The position numbers were made by a program, and so were the translations under genes. The notes under the pieces were generated by a model, which had not been told where the DNA came from, ran no database searches, and worked only from the letters and a program-made list of their open reading frames with translations. A stretch of 63,312 nt of DNA from an uncultured Candidatus Actinomarinales bacterium (lineage in GTDB: Bacteria > Actinomycetota > Acidimicrobiia > Actinomarinales > Actinomarinaceae): assembly GCA_963979435.1 (NCBI GenBank), contig CAXBVE010000004.1, forward strand, positions 1 to 63,312, in the 5' to 3' direction. Shown here in pieces: positions 40,021 to 49,624 of the stretch. How positions within the stretch are numbered: position 1 is the stretch's first letter; each line of letters starts with the position of its first letter.

Positions 40021-40044
40021 AATCTAAGTATATACACTTAGATT
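40021..40044. promoter_or_regulatory. Inverted repeat AATCTAAGT-N6-ACTTAGATT; candidate HspR (HAIR-like) operator
   Basis: Perfect 9-bp arms enclosing a minus-strand TATACT -10. Loosely resembles HAIR (CTTGAGT-N7-ACTCAAG) but the spacer is 6 nt. Confidence 0.5.
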
Positions 40045-40147
40045 TATATAAAATATAATATAGTTATAAAATTATGCAAACTTTTCATTAATTTTTTCTA
40101 TAAATCATAGTGATATACATTTCTTCTAATAGTGATAATATTAAATA

Positions 40148-40927
40148 ATGGTTAATTTGGATATTCATATTGTTGGTGTTGGCAACCTTGGTTCATCATT
40201 ATCAAATGGTTTAAATAATCTTAAAAATGATTTAAACATATACCTTTATGATCAGAATCCGGAATCTTCCCCGTTAAAAAAATCACATATTATGAGTGAA
40301 ATTAACGATATTAATGAAGGTGTTTTAGTTCTCTGTATAAAGCCTAAAGATGTGGAACAATTTGTTTCATTAAACTCCCATAAAATTTCAGAGAATGTTC
40401 TTATATGTACAGTCTTAGCAGGTGTCGAAATGGCCTACTTCCAAAGGCACTTTAACAATAAAATAATTAGGTTGATGCCAAATCTATCAATTAAGGAAAA
40501 CAGTGGCTTTATTCCGTATACCAAAAATTATCAAGAAGATTATTTATCCTTTCTTGAAGTTCTGGGGGGTCTTGGGACTATTGCAGAATATGATGAAAGT
40601 CTTTTTCACATAATAACCTCAATTTTTGGAAGTGGTCCAGCTTGGTATTTGGAATTGTCATCAAAAATAGTTGAGGCAGCAGAGCTTTTAGGTTTAGAAA
40701 AATCAGAAGCAAATAAAATAATTAAAGAGTTAGTCAGATCACTCCCGTCATTTCTTTCTGATGATGAATTTAGTTCAACAGTAGATAAAATAAAGTCTCC
40801 AAATGGAACTACTGAAGCTGGCCTGAATTCGCTTGTTGAGGATTCTTTTGATAAAATTATTTACAATGCAATTGAGTCTGCCACAAATAAATCACAACAA
40901 ATCTCAAAAGAAATAAATAATGATTAG
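40148..40927 (+). CDS. proC: Pyrroline-5-carboxylate reductase
   Basis: GVGNLG, CIKP, IRLMPN, GSGPAW, SPNGTTEAGL. Confidence 0.9.
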   Translation: MVNLDIHIVGVGNLGSSLSNGLNNLKNDLNIYLYDQNPESSPLKKSHIMSEINDINEGVLVLCIKPKDVEQFVSLNSHKISENVLICTVLAGVEMAYFQRHFNNKIIRLMPNLSIKENSGFIPYTKNYQEDYLSFLEVLGGLGTIAEYDESLFHIITSIFGSGPAWYLELSSKIVEAAELLGLEKSEANKIIKELVRSLPSFLSDDEFSSTVDKIKSPNGTTEAGLNSLVEDSFDKIIYNAIESATNKSQQISKEINND

Positions 40928-43079
40928 TCAAAAAAAGCCAAAGCAAGTTAACGATTACGTCCTTTTATTTTCTGCTGGAAGTGCTGTTGGCACCTTATTC
41001 CTGTGGGCTGCAAGCTATCTATTCCCCGAAGGAGATATTGTTGAGGGAAGAAGAGTATTTGAGAATATTCCTAAATATTTACAATATGCTTTTTATCTAT
41101 TAAGTGCATCCTCCGTATTTATTAGTGGATATCTTTTTTCACTGAGAGCAAAAAATTGGACACGTGGCACAAGTGAAAAAAGAAAAACCACTCTTGTATC
41201 CAAACTTAAAAATTTCTTTGATGGAATACTTATGCGAACTGTTCTGAGATTCCGTGCAGCAGGACTAATGCACTCAATGATCTATGTTGGCTTTTTGGGT
41301 TTATTTGCAGGAACTATCACGCTAGAGATCCATCATTTAATGCCTCCCTCTATGAAGTTTTTACAAGGTACAACTTATTTTGTATATTCTTTTTCACTAG
41401 AGATAGCGTCTCTAATATATCTAGCTGGCATTGGTTGGGCTTTATTCAGAAGAATTTTTGGAACTGAATTCAGAATTAAAACTAAAACAAAAATGGATGA
41501 TTTTTTAACACTTGGTCTCCTAGGGTTTATGGGTATTTCTGGACTAACAACGGAAGCCGGGAGAATAATTGTTGAGGGTTTTCCTGAGTATGAAAAATGG
41601 AGCTTTGTTGGATACTTCATTGCTGATATTTTACCAATTGAAAATGGTGTTCTCTTTCACAGAACATCCTGGATACTTCATGTTATTTCATTCTTTGTCT
41701 TTTTAATATCCTTACCTCAATCAAAGCTCAGACATATCATTACTTCTCCTGTAAATATGTTCCTTAGTCCAAAAGATAGACCTAAAGGAGCAATGAAAGA
41801 CATAGGAAATCTTCTCGAGGCTGAGGATATAGATACGGTTGGTGTAGAAGTTATTGAAAACTTCTCGTGGAAGCAACTTGTTGATCTTGATGCTTGTACT
41901 GTCTGTGGAAGATGTACCTCTGTTTGTCCAGCGAACTTAACAGGGAAGCCTCTAGACCCCAGAGAAATTATTCTTAAAGTTGGACAGGTAATGTCTGAAT
42001 CTGGCTCTCCAGCCGTTCCAGCAACAGTGACAACACCTATTGATTTACAGGTTAAGACTTCAAATGTATTTGAAAGAATTACACCCGAAGAACTTTGGGC
42101 TTGTACGTCATGTCGAGCTTGCGACGAAGTCTGTCCTGTAAACATTGAAATCTTAGACAAAATACTTGATATGAGAAGACATCTTGCACTAATGGCTTCA
42201 GACTTTCCCTCAGAACTTGGAAAGGCTTATGTAGCAATGGAAAATTCATCTAATCCTTGGGGTGCATCTCAAAACGACAGAATGAAATGGTCTGAGGGTT
42301 TAGAATTTGAAGTTCCTATGTTGGAAGAAGAGAACAAAGAAGAAGTCGAATACCTGTACTGGGTTGGTTGCGCAGGAGCATTTGATGACAGAAATGTTCC
42401 AGTCACAAAGGCAGTTGCAACCTTGTTGAAACGAGCAGGTGTTTCCTATGCAGTCTTAGGGCCAAAAGAAGTGTGTACTGGGGATTCAGCCAGAAGAACT
42501 GGAAATGAATTTGTGTTTCAGCAATTAGCTATTCAAAATATTGAGAATATGAATAATCTAAATGTTAAAAAAGTTATTACACAATGCCCACATTGTTTTA
42601 ATACTATTGCTAATGAGTATCCTCAGCTCGGCGGTAATTTTGAAGTCATCCATCACAGTCAATTATTAACAGAACTCGTCCAGTCAGGAAAAATTGATGT
42701 TGGTACAAGTGAAGACCCTTATGTTATTACTTATCATGACTCTTGCTATCTGGGAAGACATAATGACATATACACTGCACCTAGGGAGATTCTTGGAGCA
42801 ATAGGGGGTATAGAAGTTCGTGAAATGAAACGACAGGGTACTAATAGTTTCTGTTGTGGAGCTGGTGGAGGAAGAATGTGGATGGAGGAGTCTACAGGAA
42901 AAAAAGTAAATATTGAGAGATCTGAAGAAGCGATAGAAACAGGAGCCGATGAAGTCGCCGTAGCTTGTCCATTTTGTTACATCATGATGGATGATGGAGT
43001 CAAAGAACTTGGTAGAGGCGAATCTATAAAAGTAAGAGACGTTTCCTTAATACTCTTAGATAATCTAAAAAAAGATTAA
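40920..43079 (+). CDS. Membrane Fe-S oxidoreductase with CCG domains (Rv0338c/EtfD/FadF-like)
   Basis: TM region with His residues, CTVCGRCTSVCP, CTSCRACDEVCP, WVGC, CPHC, HDSCYLGR, CCGAGGG, ACPFC. Confidence 0.88.
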   Translation: MISQKKPKQVNDYVLLFSAGSAVGTLFLWAASYLFPEGDIVEGRRVFENIPKYLQYAFYLLSASSVFISGYLFSLRAKNWTRGTSEKRKTTLVSKLKNFFDGILMRTVLRFRAAGLMHSMIYVGFLGLFAGTITLEIHHLMPPSMKFLQGTTYFVYSFSLEIASLIYLAGIGWALFRRIFGTEFRIKTKTKMDDFLTLGLLGFMGISGLTTEAGRIIVEGFPEYEKWSFVGYFIADILPIENGVLFHRTSWILHVISFFVFLISLPQSKLRHIITSPVNMFLSPKDRPKGAMKDIGNLLEAEDIDTVGVEVIENFSWKQLVDLDACTVCGRCTSVCPANLTGKPLDPREIILKVGQVMSESGSPAVPATVTTPIDLQVKTSNVFERITPEELWACTSCRACDEVCPVNIEILDKILDMRRHLALMASDFPSELGKAYVAMENSSNPWGASQNDRMKWSEGLEFEVPMLEEENKEEVEYLYWVGCAGAFDDRNVPVTKAVATLLKRAGVSYAVLGPKEVCTGDSARRTGNEFVFQQLAIQNIENMNNLNVKKVITQCPHCFNTIANEYPQLGGNFEVIHHSQLLTELVQSGKIDVGTSEDPYVITYHDSCYLGRHNDIYTAPREILGAIGGIEVREMKRQGTNSFCCGAGGGRMWMEESTGKKVNIERSEEAIETGADEVAVACPFCYIMMDDGVKELGRGESIKVRDVSLILLDNLKKD

Positions 43080-43393
43080 ATATTATCTCCCAAAAAGAAA
43101 ACTTTCATATCTCCGTTGGCTTGATTGATACTATAAATCACATAAAGAGCAGTTGTAAAATTCCCCAATACGATTAATCCAATAATCCAAAAAAATGTTT
43201 TTAACACAGTTTCTTTATAGGCAATCCATAAACCAAAAAGAGTAAATCCTGCGTAGAGATCTACCAGAGATACGACCCCCCAGGGAAGTTGAGGAATAGG
43301 GGAATCAAATAAAGATACTTGAGTTTGTGCCCAATAAATAACGATTGCCATTGCTACTGCAATACAATATGAAATTAACTTTGCTATAGTCAT
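43076..43393 (-). CDS. DUF1475-like membrane protein
   Basis: PWGVVSLVDLYAGF, WIAYKE, LGN. Confidence 0.7.
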   Translation of the reverse strand: MTIAKLISYCIAVAMAIVIYWAQTQVSLFDSPIPQLPWGVVSLVDLYAGFTLFGLWIAYKETVLKTFFWIIGLIVLGNFTTALYVIYSINQANGDMKVFFLGDNI

Positions 43394-43423
43394 ACACTGG
43401 ATTCTAAGGTATAAATAAATAAA

Positions 43424-44032
43424 ATGAGAAACAATACAATTTTTTATAGAGTGTTAAAACTTGATAAGTATATTTATGGTGAGCTTGTCACAGAAAAATC
43501 ATCACTTCAAAAAGGGATAGCTATTTGGCTCTCAGGCTCAATAATCAGTACTTTAGCGGTAACAACCTTTCTTAAGAATCTTGTAATTTATGTGAAGGAG
43601 ATTATTTCTGTATCTGGTGCTGAGCTTCCGCAAGAAGCTGTTTTAGAATTCCAGACACTAATAATTGAAATTGAAGAAAGTTTTGAGTCAATAAATAATG
43701 TAAGTACATTAATTTCAAGTCAACTCTTTGGTTTTATTAATGTATTTATTTCAGTAGCGATAATTTATGCAGCATTGAAGTACTTCTTCAAGAAAGAACC
43801 CAATCTAATTTTTATAGGGATTATTTATGGGTTCTCATCTGTTCCAATATTATTGAACATACCAATTCTGTTTTTTAATTCAATTGCGCTTCAGGGAATA
43901 GTTTTACTTGTAACAAGTATATTTTCATTAGTATGCTTGGGTTCAGGTTTAAAACAGGTTTATATGTTAAGAAATATAGAAGCGATTTTATTAATTCTTT
44001 TTTCAGGATTTTCTAGTCTGGTTGTTTTATGA
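43424..44032 (+). CDS. Yip1-like membrane protein
   Basis: About five TM segments; family call from topology only. Confidence 0.5.
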   Translation: MRNNTIFYRVLKLDKYIYGELVTEKSSLQKGIAIWLSGSIISTLAVTTFLKNLVIYVKEIISVSGAELPQEAVLEFQTLIIEIEESFESINNVSTLISSQLFGFINVFISVAIIYAALKYFFKKEPNLIFIGIIYGFSSVPILLNIPILFFNSIALQGIVLLVTSIFSLVCLGSGLKQVYMLRNIEAILLILFSGFSSLVVL

Positions 44033-44625
44033 ATGCTGCAATAATATTGGCTGCTGGTGAATCATTAAGAATGGGGTTTCCCAAACAACTTGCTGAGTAC
44101 AAGGGAAGTACAATTCTTGAAACAACAATCAAAACAGTTTCGACTTACTTTGAAGATGCTGTTGTAGTTCTGGGTTACGACAGTGAGACAATAATTGAAA
44201 AGGTTGATTTCAAATCATCAGCGATACTAATAAATGAAAACTGGAACGAGGGAATAATTTCTTCGATCAGAACTGGTTTACACCATTTGAATCAAAATAA
44301 AAATTTTGAGAATGTTTTTATCTTTCTCGGAGATCAACCATCTGTGGATGGTAAGGTAATTCAAAGGCTTCTAAATACAAAGCATGATTTTGACGAGGTA
44401 ATGATTCCAAAGTATAGGTACAAGTATGGCTATCCAGTAGTTGTACCAAAATATTTTTGGAATAAACTTGAAATGATCACCCAAGATGATTCCTCTGATG
44501 AGATTGATTCTGTCTTTGGAGAGTTTGATCTAATTAATTTTTTCGAATCCTCAGAATTCAAAACTAAAAGTATAAACTTCAATTTTTTAAGACCTACGGA
44601 TTTCGACGAACAGAAAGATTTTTAG
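44029..44625 (+). CDS. MocA/MobA-like nucleotidyltransferase
   Basis: IILAAGESLRMGFPKQL, NENWNEGIISSI, LGDQP, GYPV. Confidence 0.85.
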   Translation: MNAAIILAAGESLRMGFPKQLAEYKGSTILETTIKTVSTYFEDAVVVLGYDSETIIEKVDFKSSAILINENWNEGIISSIRTGLHHLNQNKNFENVFIFLGDQPSVDGKVIQRLLNTKHDFDEVMIPKYRYKYGYPVVVPKYFWNKLEMITQDDSSDEIDSVFGEFDLINFFESSEFKTKSINFNFLRPTDFDEQKDF

Positions 44626-44686
44626 AGTGGGAAAAACTCTTCAAATTTTTACTTAATTTATATTAATTTTTTTGTAAAATCTAATA

Positions 44687-45091
44687 ATGACTTCAATAGA
44701 TTCTATAAATGGGATGACACACATCGAGGCTACCAAGCTAAGAAGAGCCAGGGTTCGAACAACAGTAACTTTTTTACAAATCGCATCAACTAGGTCAGGA
44801 AGAGCCCTACTTACTAAGGAGACAGGTATAACATCTCCTAAACTTTTACACTGGGCTAAGAGAGCTGAGTTAATGAAAATAAATAATCTTGGACGAGACT
44901 ATGCTGACCTCTTAGAAGCAGCCGGTGTTGAAAGTATTGCTGAACTGAAAAGAAGAAATCCAGAATCTCTCCATGAAACAATGGATCTAATCAATAAAAA
45001 GAAAAAAATAGTAGATCGAATGCCATCCATTAAACGAGTTTCAAAGTGGATTGAAGAGTCGAAAGATATAAAAATTACAGTATCTTCTTAG
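44687..45091 (+). CDS. DUF4332 family protein
   Basis: GR..L.KETGI, ELMKINNLGRDYADLLEAAGVESIAELKRRNP, P....V..WI. Confidence 0.8.
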   Translation: MTSIDSINGMTHIEATKLRRARVRTTVTFLQIASTRSGRALLTKETGITSPKLLHWAKRAELMKINNLGRDYADLLEAAGVESIAELKRRNPESLHETMDLINKKKKIVDRMPSIKRVSKWIEESKDIKITVSS

Positions 45092-45116
45092 TTAATCAAC
45101 AATCTATCATTGTATT

Positions 45117-46826
45117 GTGAATACAAAAACCATAAGATTAACCGGTGCCCAACTTTCTTTCTCTGTGGGAGCTATTCAGGAAAACAAAGCCAAAATTCTA
45201 AATACTCTAGAGGAATCTGAAAAAATACAATCTGACATTGTTATTTTTCCCGAACTTTCAATAACTGGATATCCGCCTGAAGATTTACTTCTAAGAGAAA
45301 GTTTTGTGGGTAAAAACTTTGCAGTATTAGAAGAAATAGCAGAATTCTCAGGTGCTACCAGTGCAATAATAGGTTTTGTTGATAGAAGTTTAGATGAAAA
45401 TTCTACGGACAATTTTAAAAGAAAAATCTCAAATGCTGCGGCTATTGTTCAAAATGGAGATGTGAAAGGCATCTACCATAAGTGCTTTCTTCCAAATTAC
45501 TCAGTTTTTGATGAAGCAAGATATTTCTCAAAAGGAAGTAAACCAGCAGATTTATTTTGGTATGACGATGTAGCTATTGGAATTAATATTTGTGAAGATA
45601 TTTGGATTGATAATGGCCCAGCAGATCTTCAAGTGAATGCTGGTGCATCAATAATTGTCAATATTAATGCTTCACCATTCGATATTAATAAATCTAATTC
45701 ACGAAGAAAACAAGTAGCAGAAAAGGCCAAGAAGTTAAACGTTCCAATAATATACCTAAATATGGTTGGAGGACAAGATGAACTTGTTTTTGATGGTGGT
45801 TCTTTTGTTGTAAATGCATCAGGTGAAATCATTTATCAAGCGAGTCAATTTCAGGAAGAAGTGTTTTCATTCGATCTAGAAGTACAGGTTAAAGATATCA
45901 TTTCTGATTCAAAACTTACTTTGAACATAAAAAAAGACGCTATTCCAGAATTACAGTCTCATGAAACTTTTAATGAACTTGAGTCAATGTATGAGGCTCT
46001 TAAATTAGGTGTAGCTGATTATGTACAAAAAAATAACTTTCAAAAAGTTCTAGTTGGGCTTTCAGGAGGAATAGACTCGGCCCTTACAGCTACAATTGCG
46101 GTCGACGCACTGAGTTCAGAAAATGTTATAGGAATAGCAATGCCTTCAAAATATAATCCAGACAGCTCACTTGAGGATGCAAAAAATCTGGCTACAAACT
46201 TGGGTATAGAATTTAAAATTATTGAAATTGAGGATACTGTAGAAACACTAAGGACTCTTTTAAAAACTACACTTGAGGAACCACTCGCTGGTGTTACCGA
46301 TGAAAACATTCAATCAAGGATAAGAGGAAATATAATTATGGGTCTCTCAAATCAATTAGGGGCAATGGTATTATCAACTGGTAATAAATCTGAGATGGCT
46401 GTTGGGTATTCCACATTGTATGGTGACCTAGCAGGAGGATTTGCACTACTTAAAGATGTATATAAAACTGAAGTATATAAACTTTCCGAATTTCGAAATA
46501 AAGAATCAATCGTAATTCCAGTAAATTCTATTAGTAAAGAACCAAGCGCAGAACTAAGCGACAATCAATTTGATTCCGACTCCCTTCCTGACTATGAATT
46601 ACTGGACAAAATATTAAAAATGTATATTGAATCTGACTTTTCTTCTGAAAAAATAATCGCTTCAGGAATTGAAAGCAACATTGTATATGACGTGTTAGAA
46701 AAAGTTGACAAAAATGAATATAAAAGGAAACAAGTTGCACCTGGAGTAAAATTAACAGAAAGAGCTTTTGGCAAAGATAGAAGAATGCCAATTACTAATA
46801 CGTATATAAGAGAAAGATATTTATAA
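45117..46826 (+). CDS. nadE: Glutamine-dependent NAD+ synthetase
   Basis: Nitrilase domain (FPEL, LPNYSVFDE, ICEDIW) plus SGGIDS, TGNKSE, GYSTLYGD, PSAEL. Confidence 0.95.
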   Translation: MNTKTIRLTGAQLSFSVGAIQENKAKILNTLEESEKIQSDIVIFPELSITGYPPEDLLLRESFVGKNFAVLEEIAEFSGATSAIIGFVDRSLDENSTDNFKRKISNAAAIVQNGDVKGIYHKCFLPNYSVFDEARYFSKGSKPADLFWYDDVAIGINICEDIWIDNGPADLQVNAGASIIVNINASPFDINKSNSRRKQVAEKAKKLNVPIIYLNMVGGQDELVFDGGSFVVNASGEIIYQASQFQEEVFSFDLEVQVKDIISDSKLTLNIKKDAIPELQSHETFNELESMYEALKLGVADYVQKNNFQKVLVGLSGGIDSALTATIAVDALSSENVIGIAMPSKYNPDSSLEDAKNLATNLGIEFKIIEIEDTVETLRTLLKTTLEEPLAGVTDENIQSRIRGNIIMGLSNQLGAMVLSTGNKSEMAVGYSTLYGDLAGGFALLKDVYKTEVYKLSEFRNKESIVIPVNSISKEPSAELSDNQFDSDSLPDYELLDKILKMYIESDFSSEKIIASGIESNIVYDVLEKVDKNEYKRKQVAPGVKLTERAFGKDRRMPITNTYIRERYL

Positions 46827-46829
46827 AAA

Positions 46830-47657
46830 GTGTATCTAATTAATGGTATAGAAGTTAGTAAGGATAACTTTAATACGCCAATAGAAAGTCTCTCTTTTTG
46901 GAGAGGAGATGGTATTTTTGAAGCTATCCGTATTCATAATGGTTTTCTTTTTGCAGTAGACAGACACCTTAAACGTTTTGAAAGGTCCGCTAATAAGATG
47001 TTATTCAAGAATATTGATTTTAACTCTATAAAGAAAGATCTTATAAAATTAGCTTCAAACTTTACTGAGGGTTACGTAAGGGTAATAATAAGCCGATCTG
47101 AGACTGTTGAAAGTTATGATGTCTATATGTTCCATCAAAAACCAGTAGACATTCCAGAAAACTATTCTCTACAGACACAATTAAGCCCATGGCATCCTGG
47201 TGGTGATTTTCTACTAGAGGAAAATCAGATTATTGGCACAAAGTCAACTTCCTATGCTTTGAATGTTACTCAGACACGCTTAGCTGAACAAAATGGCTTT
47301 ACAGATGCCTTACTCTTAAATCGAAACAATATAATCCTTGAAGGCCCTACATTTTCTCTTGGGTGGATAAAGGATGATACAGTTTATATTCCTGATTTAG
47401 ACTTAGGAATACTTGATTCGATAACAAGACAATACATCAATCTTTTTGGAGCTAAAGGACAGTTAAACGTTATAGAAAGTCGGATAACTGCTGATGAGAT
47501 TTATGAAATGGATACAGTTTTTGTGTTGTCCACGGCTAAACATGGAAAATTTGTCAATAAAATCGATGAAAAAGTGTATGAACAAAGCCCGGTATTGAAA
47601 CTAATACAAGAATGTTTCATAGAAGAAATAGAAGCTGAAAAGCAAATTAATAATTAG
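46830..47657 (+). CDS. Class IV PLP aminotransferase / ADC-lyase-like
   Basis: RGDGIFE, HLKRF, KSTSYA, ILEGPT, GILDSITR. Confidence 0.85.
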   Translation: MYLINGIEVSKDNFNTPIESLSFWRGDGIFEAIRIHNGFLFAVDRHLKRFERSANKMLFKNIDFNSIKKDLIKLASNFTEGYVRVIISRSETVESYDVYMFHQKPVDIPENYSLQTQLSPWHPGGDFLLEENQIIGTKSTSYALNVTQTRLAEQNGFTDALLLNRNNIILEGPTFSLGWIKDDTVYIPDLDLGILDSITRQYINLFGAKGQLNVIESRITADEIYEMDTVFVLSTAKHGKFVNKIDEKVYEQSPVLKLIQECFIEEIEAEKQINN

Positions 47658-47669
47658 GTGGGAGGTGTG

Positions 47670-48698
47670 ATGAGACTGACTGAGTATTCTCGTGGATCTG
47701 GTTGAGCTTGTAAACTATCACCTAGTGAGCTTGCACAAGTTTTGTCGCAATTTAAAAATCATAAAGCCTTATCTGCCAGTAATGTATCTGTAGGTTTAAA
47801 CAACCCCGATGATGCTGGAGTCGTAAGAGCTAGTGGTGAAAATCTTATCCAATCTATAGATTTCTTTACTCCAATTTTAGATAATCCTTATGACTGGGGC
47901 AGAGTAGCAGCCGCAAATGCATTATCTGACATCTATGCCATGGGTGGAGAGCCTCTGTCGGCTTTACAGTTAGTTTGTTGGCCTAGAGACCATATTAGTT
48001 TTGATATTTTAGGAGAGGTTATTAGAGGTGGATTAGATGTCATGGAGCAAGCTAAATGCTCGGTGATAGGAGGACACAGCATTGATGATAATGAACCTAA
48101 GTATGGCTTTTCTGTAACAGGAGTAGCAAAAGAAGCAGTCTTTCTAAACAATACAATTAAAGATGGCGATAAGTTATTTTTATCTAAACCACTGGGTACT
48201 GGTGTAATATCAACCGCAATTAAAAAAGATAAAGCTAGCTCTGAGATAATTAATAAAGCTACAAACGTAATGACAACTTTGAACAATTCTGCTGCTGACG
48301 TTGCCCATAAATACAATGCAAATGCAGTAACTGATATTACAGGATTTGGGTTATTTGGTCATTTAAGTGAGATGTTAAAAAATACAAATCTTGGAGCAAA
48401 CATTTATAGTAAAAACATCCCTGCAATTGAAGGAGTTCATGAATTAATCTTGAACGGTTTCTTTTCATCAGGAAGCCAAAGAAACCTTGACCATGTTAAA
48501 GAGTTGATAATTGACAATTCATCAGACCAAAACCTTATAAAGCTTTGTTGTGATGCTCAGACAAGTGGAGGTTTACTTATTGCTATACCAAAAGACCAAA
48601 ATATTGACATTGTAGAGATTAAAGAAAGTATGGGTTTGGAACTTTGGGAAATAGGTGAAATAAATACTGACTATATCGAAAAGATAAATATTATTTAG
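47670..48698 (+). CDS. selD: Selenide, water dikinase (selenocysteine-containing)
   Basis: MRLTEYSRGSG(U)ACKLSP with TGA at 47703-47705 in frame with track ORF 47742; DDAGV, DFFTP, ANALSDIYAMGG, GGHS, TDITGFGL, DAQTSGGLL. Confidence 0.95.
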
Positions 48699-48703
48699 TA
48701 ATA

Positions 48704-49624
48704 ATGATTAAAAAATTAACAAAATATTTTGCTTTTGCTACTTTGTTGAAAAATTTAATTGGCACTAAAAAAGCCCAGACCGAGGGCTTAACTCAAATTC
48801 ATCCAACAAAAATACCCGGGAGAACAGTTTTTGTGCGTGAAAAAGAATACTTTATTCGTGAATCTTACGTAAACAACACAATCCCAATTATCTTTCTACA
48901 CAGTTGGGGCTCTGACTCACTAGGAAGTTGGTTTAAAATTCTCCCTTTCTATCAAGAAAAAAATTCTTTTGTGACAATCGATATGAAAAATCACGGAAAA
49001 TCCGACTCAAGTTGGATGAGATGGGATGTTGATGAAAACGCAGATATAGTAATCAGCATATTAGATCAACTAGACATAGAGAAATGCAATATAGTTGGAT
49101 GGTCAATGGGAAGTGCGGTAGCACTCAGCATCTCAAGGAAGAAGAGAGAGCTTGTAAATAAAATGGTTCTTATCACACCATTTAGCTGGCTCGGAGGTGC
49201 CGTATATAAAGATAAACCCCTCTTTAAATTTTTTGTAGCAACGGTGAGAATTAGAGAGAGATTATTTCCAAACATGAATCCAAAATCTAAATATTCACAT
49301 TTACGTAAAACTGGTGCATTGGGAAATGAATACACTGACTGGGCCTGGAATAATTTACATAAATCTAAAGACGATTTCATATACGAGGATGGTGGAAGGT
49401 ATGTTGTACCATACGACGCAAGACCCTGGTTAAATGAAATTAATACAGAGACATTAGTCATCACGGGTGGAAAAGATAATTTAGTACCTGAGGAGACTTC
49501 TCAAGAAGTTATAAAAGATCTAGCAAATGTAAATGAAATAATCTTTGATAATGCAGCTCACTCAATTCCATGGACACATGACGAACAATTATTAAACGAA
49601 TTAGACTCTTTTTTTAAAGAATGA
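48704..49624 (+). CDS. Alpha/beta hydrolase
   Basis: FLHSW, HGKS, GWSMG nucleophile elbow, GGKD, AAH. Confidence 0.85.
   Translation: MIKKLTKYFAFATLLKNLIGTKKAQTEGLTQIHPTKIPGRTVFVREKEYFIRESYVNNTIPIIFLHSWGSDSLGSWFKILPFYQEKNSFVTIDMKNHGKSDSSWMRWDVDENADIVISILDQLDIEKCNIVGWSMGSAVALSISRKKRELVNKMVLITPFSWLGGAVYKDKPLFKFFVATVRIRERLFPNMNPKSKYSHLRKTGALGNEYTDWAWNNLHKSKDDFIYEDGGRYVVPYDARPWLNEINTETLVITGGKDNLVPEETSQEVIKDLANVNEIIFDNAAHSIPWTHDEQLLNELDSFFKE

Noticed and set aside
44029-44625. MocA-like gene as evidence of a selenium-dependent molybdenum hydroxylase system
   Set aside because: No yqeB/yqeC or xanthine-dehydrogenase-family genes are in the window; proximity to selD alone is insufficient
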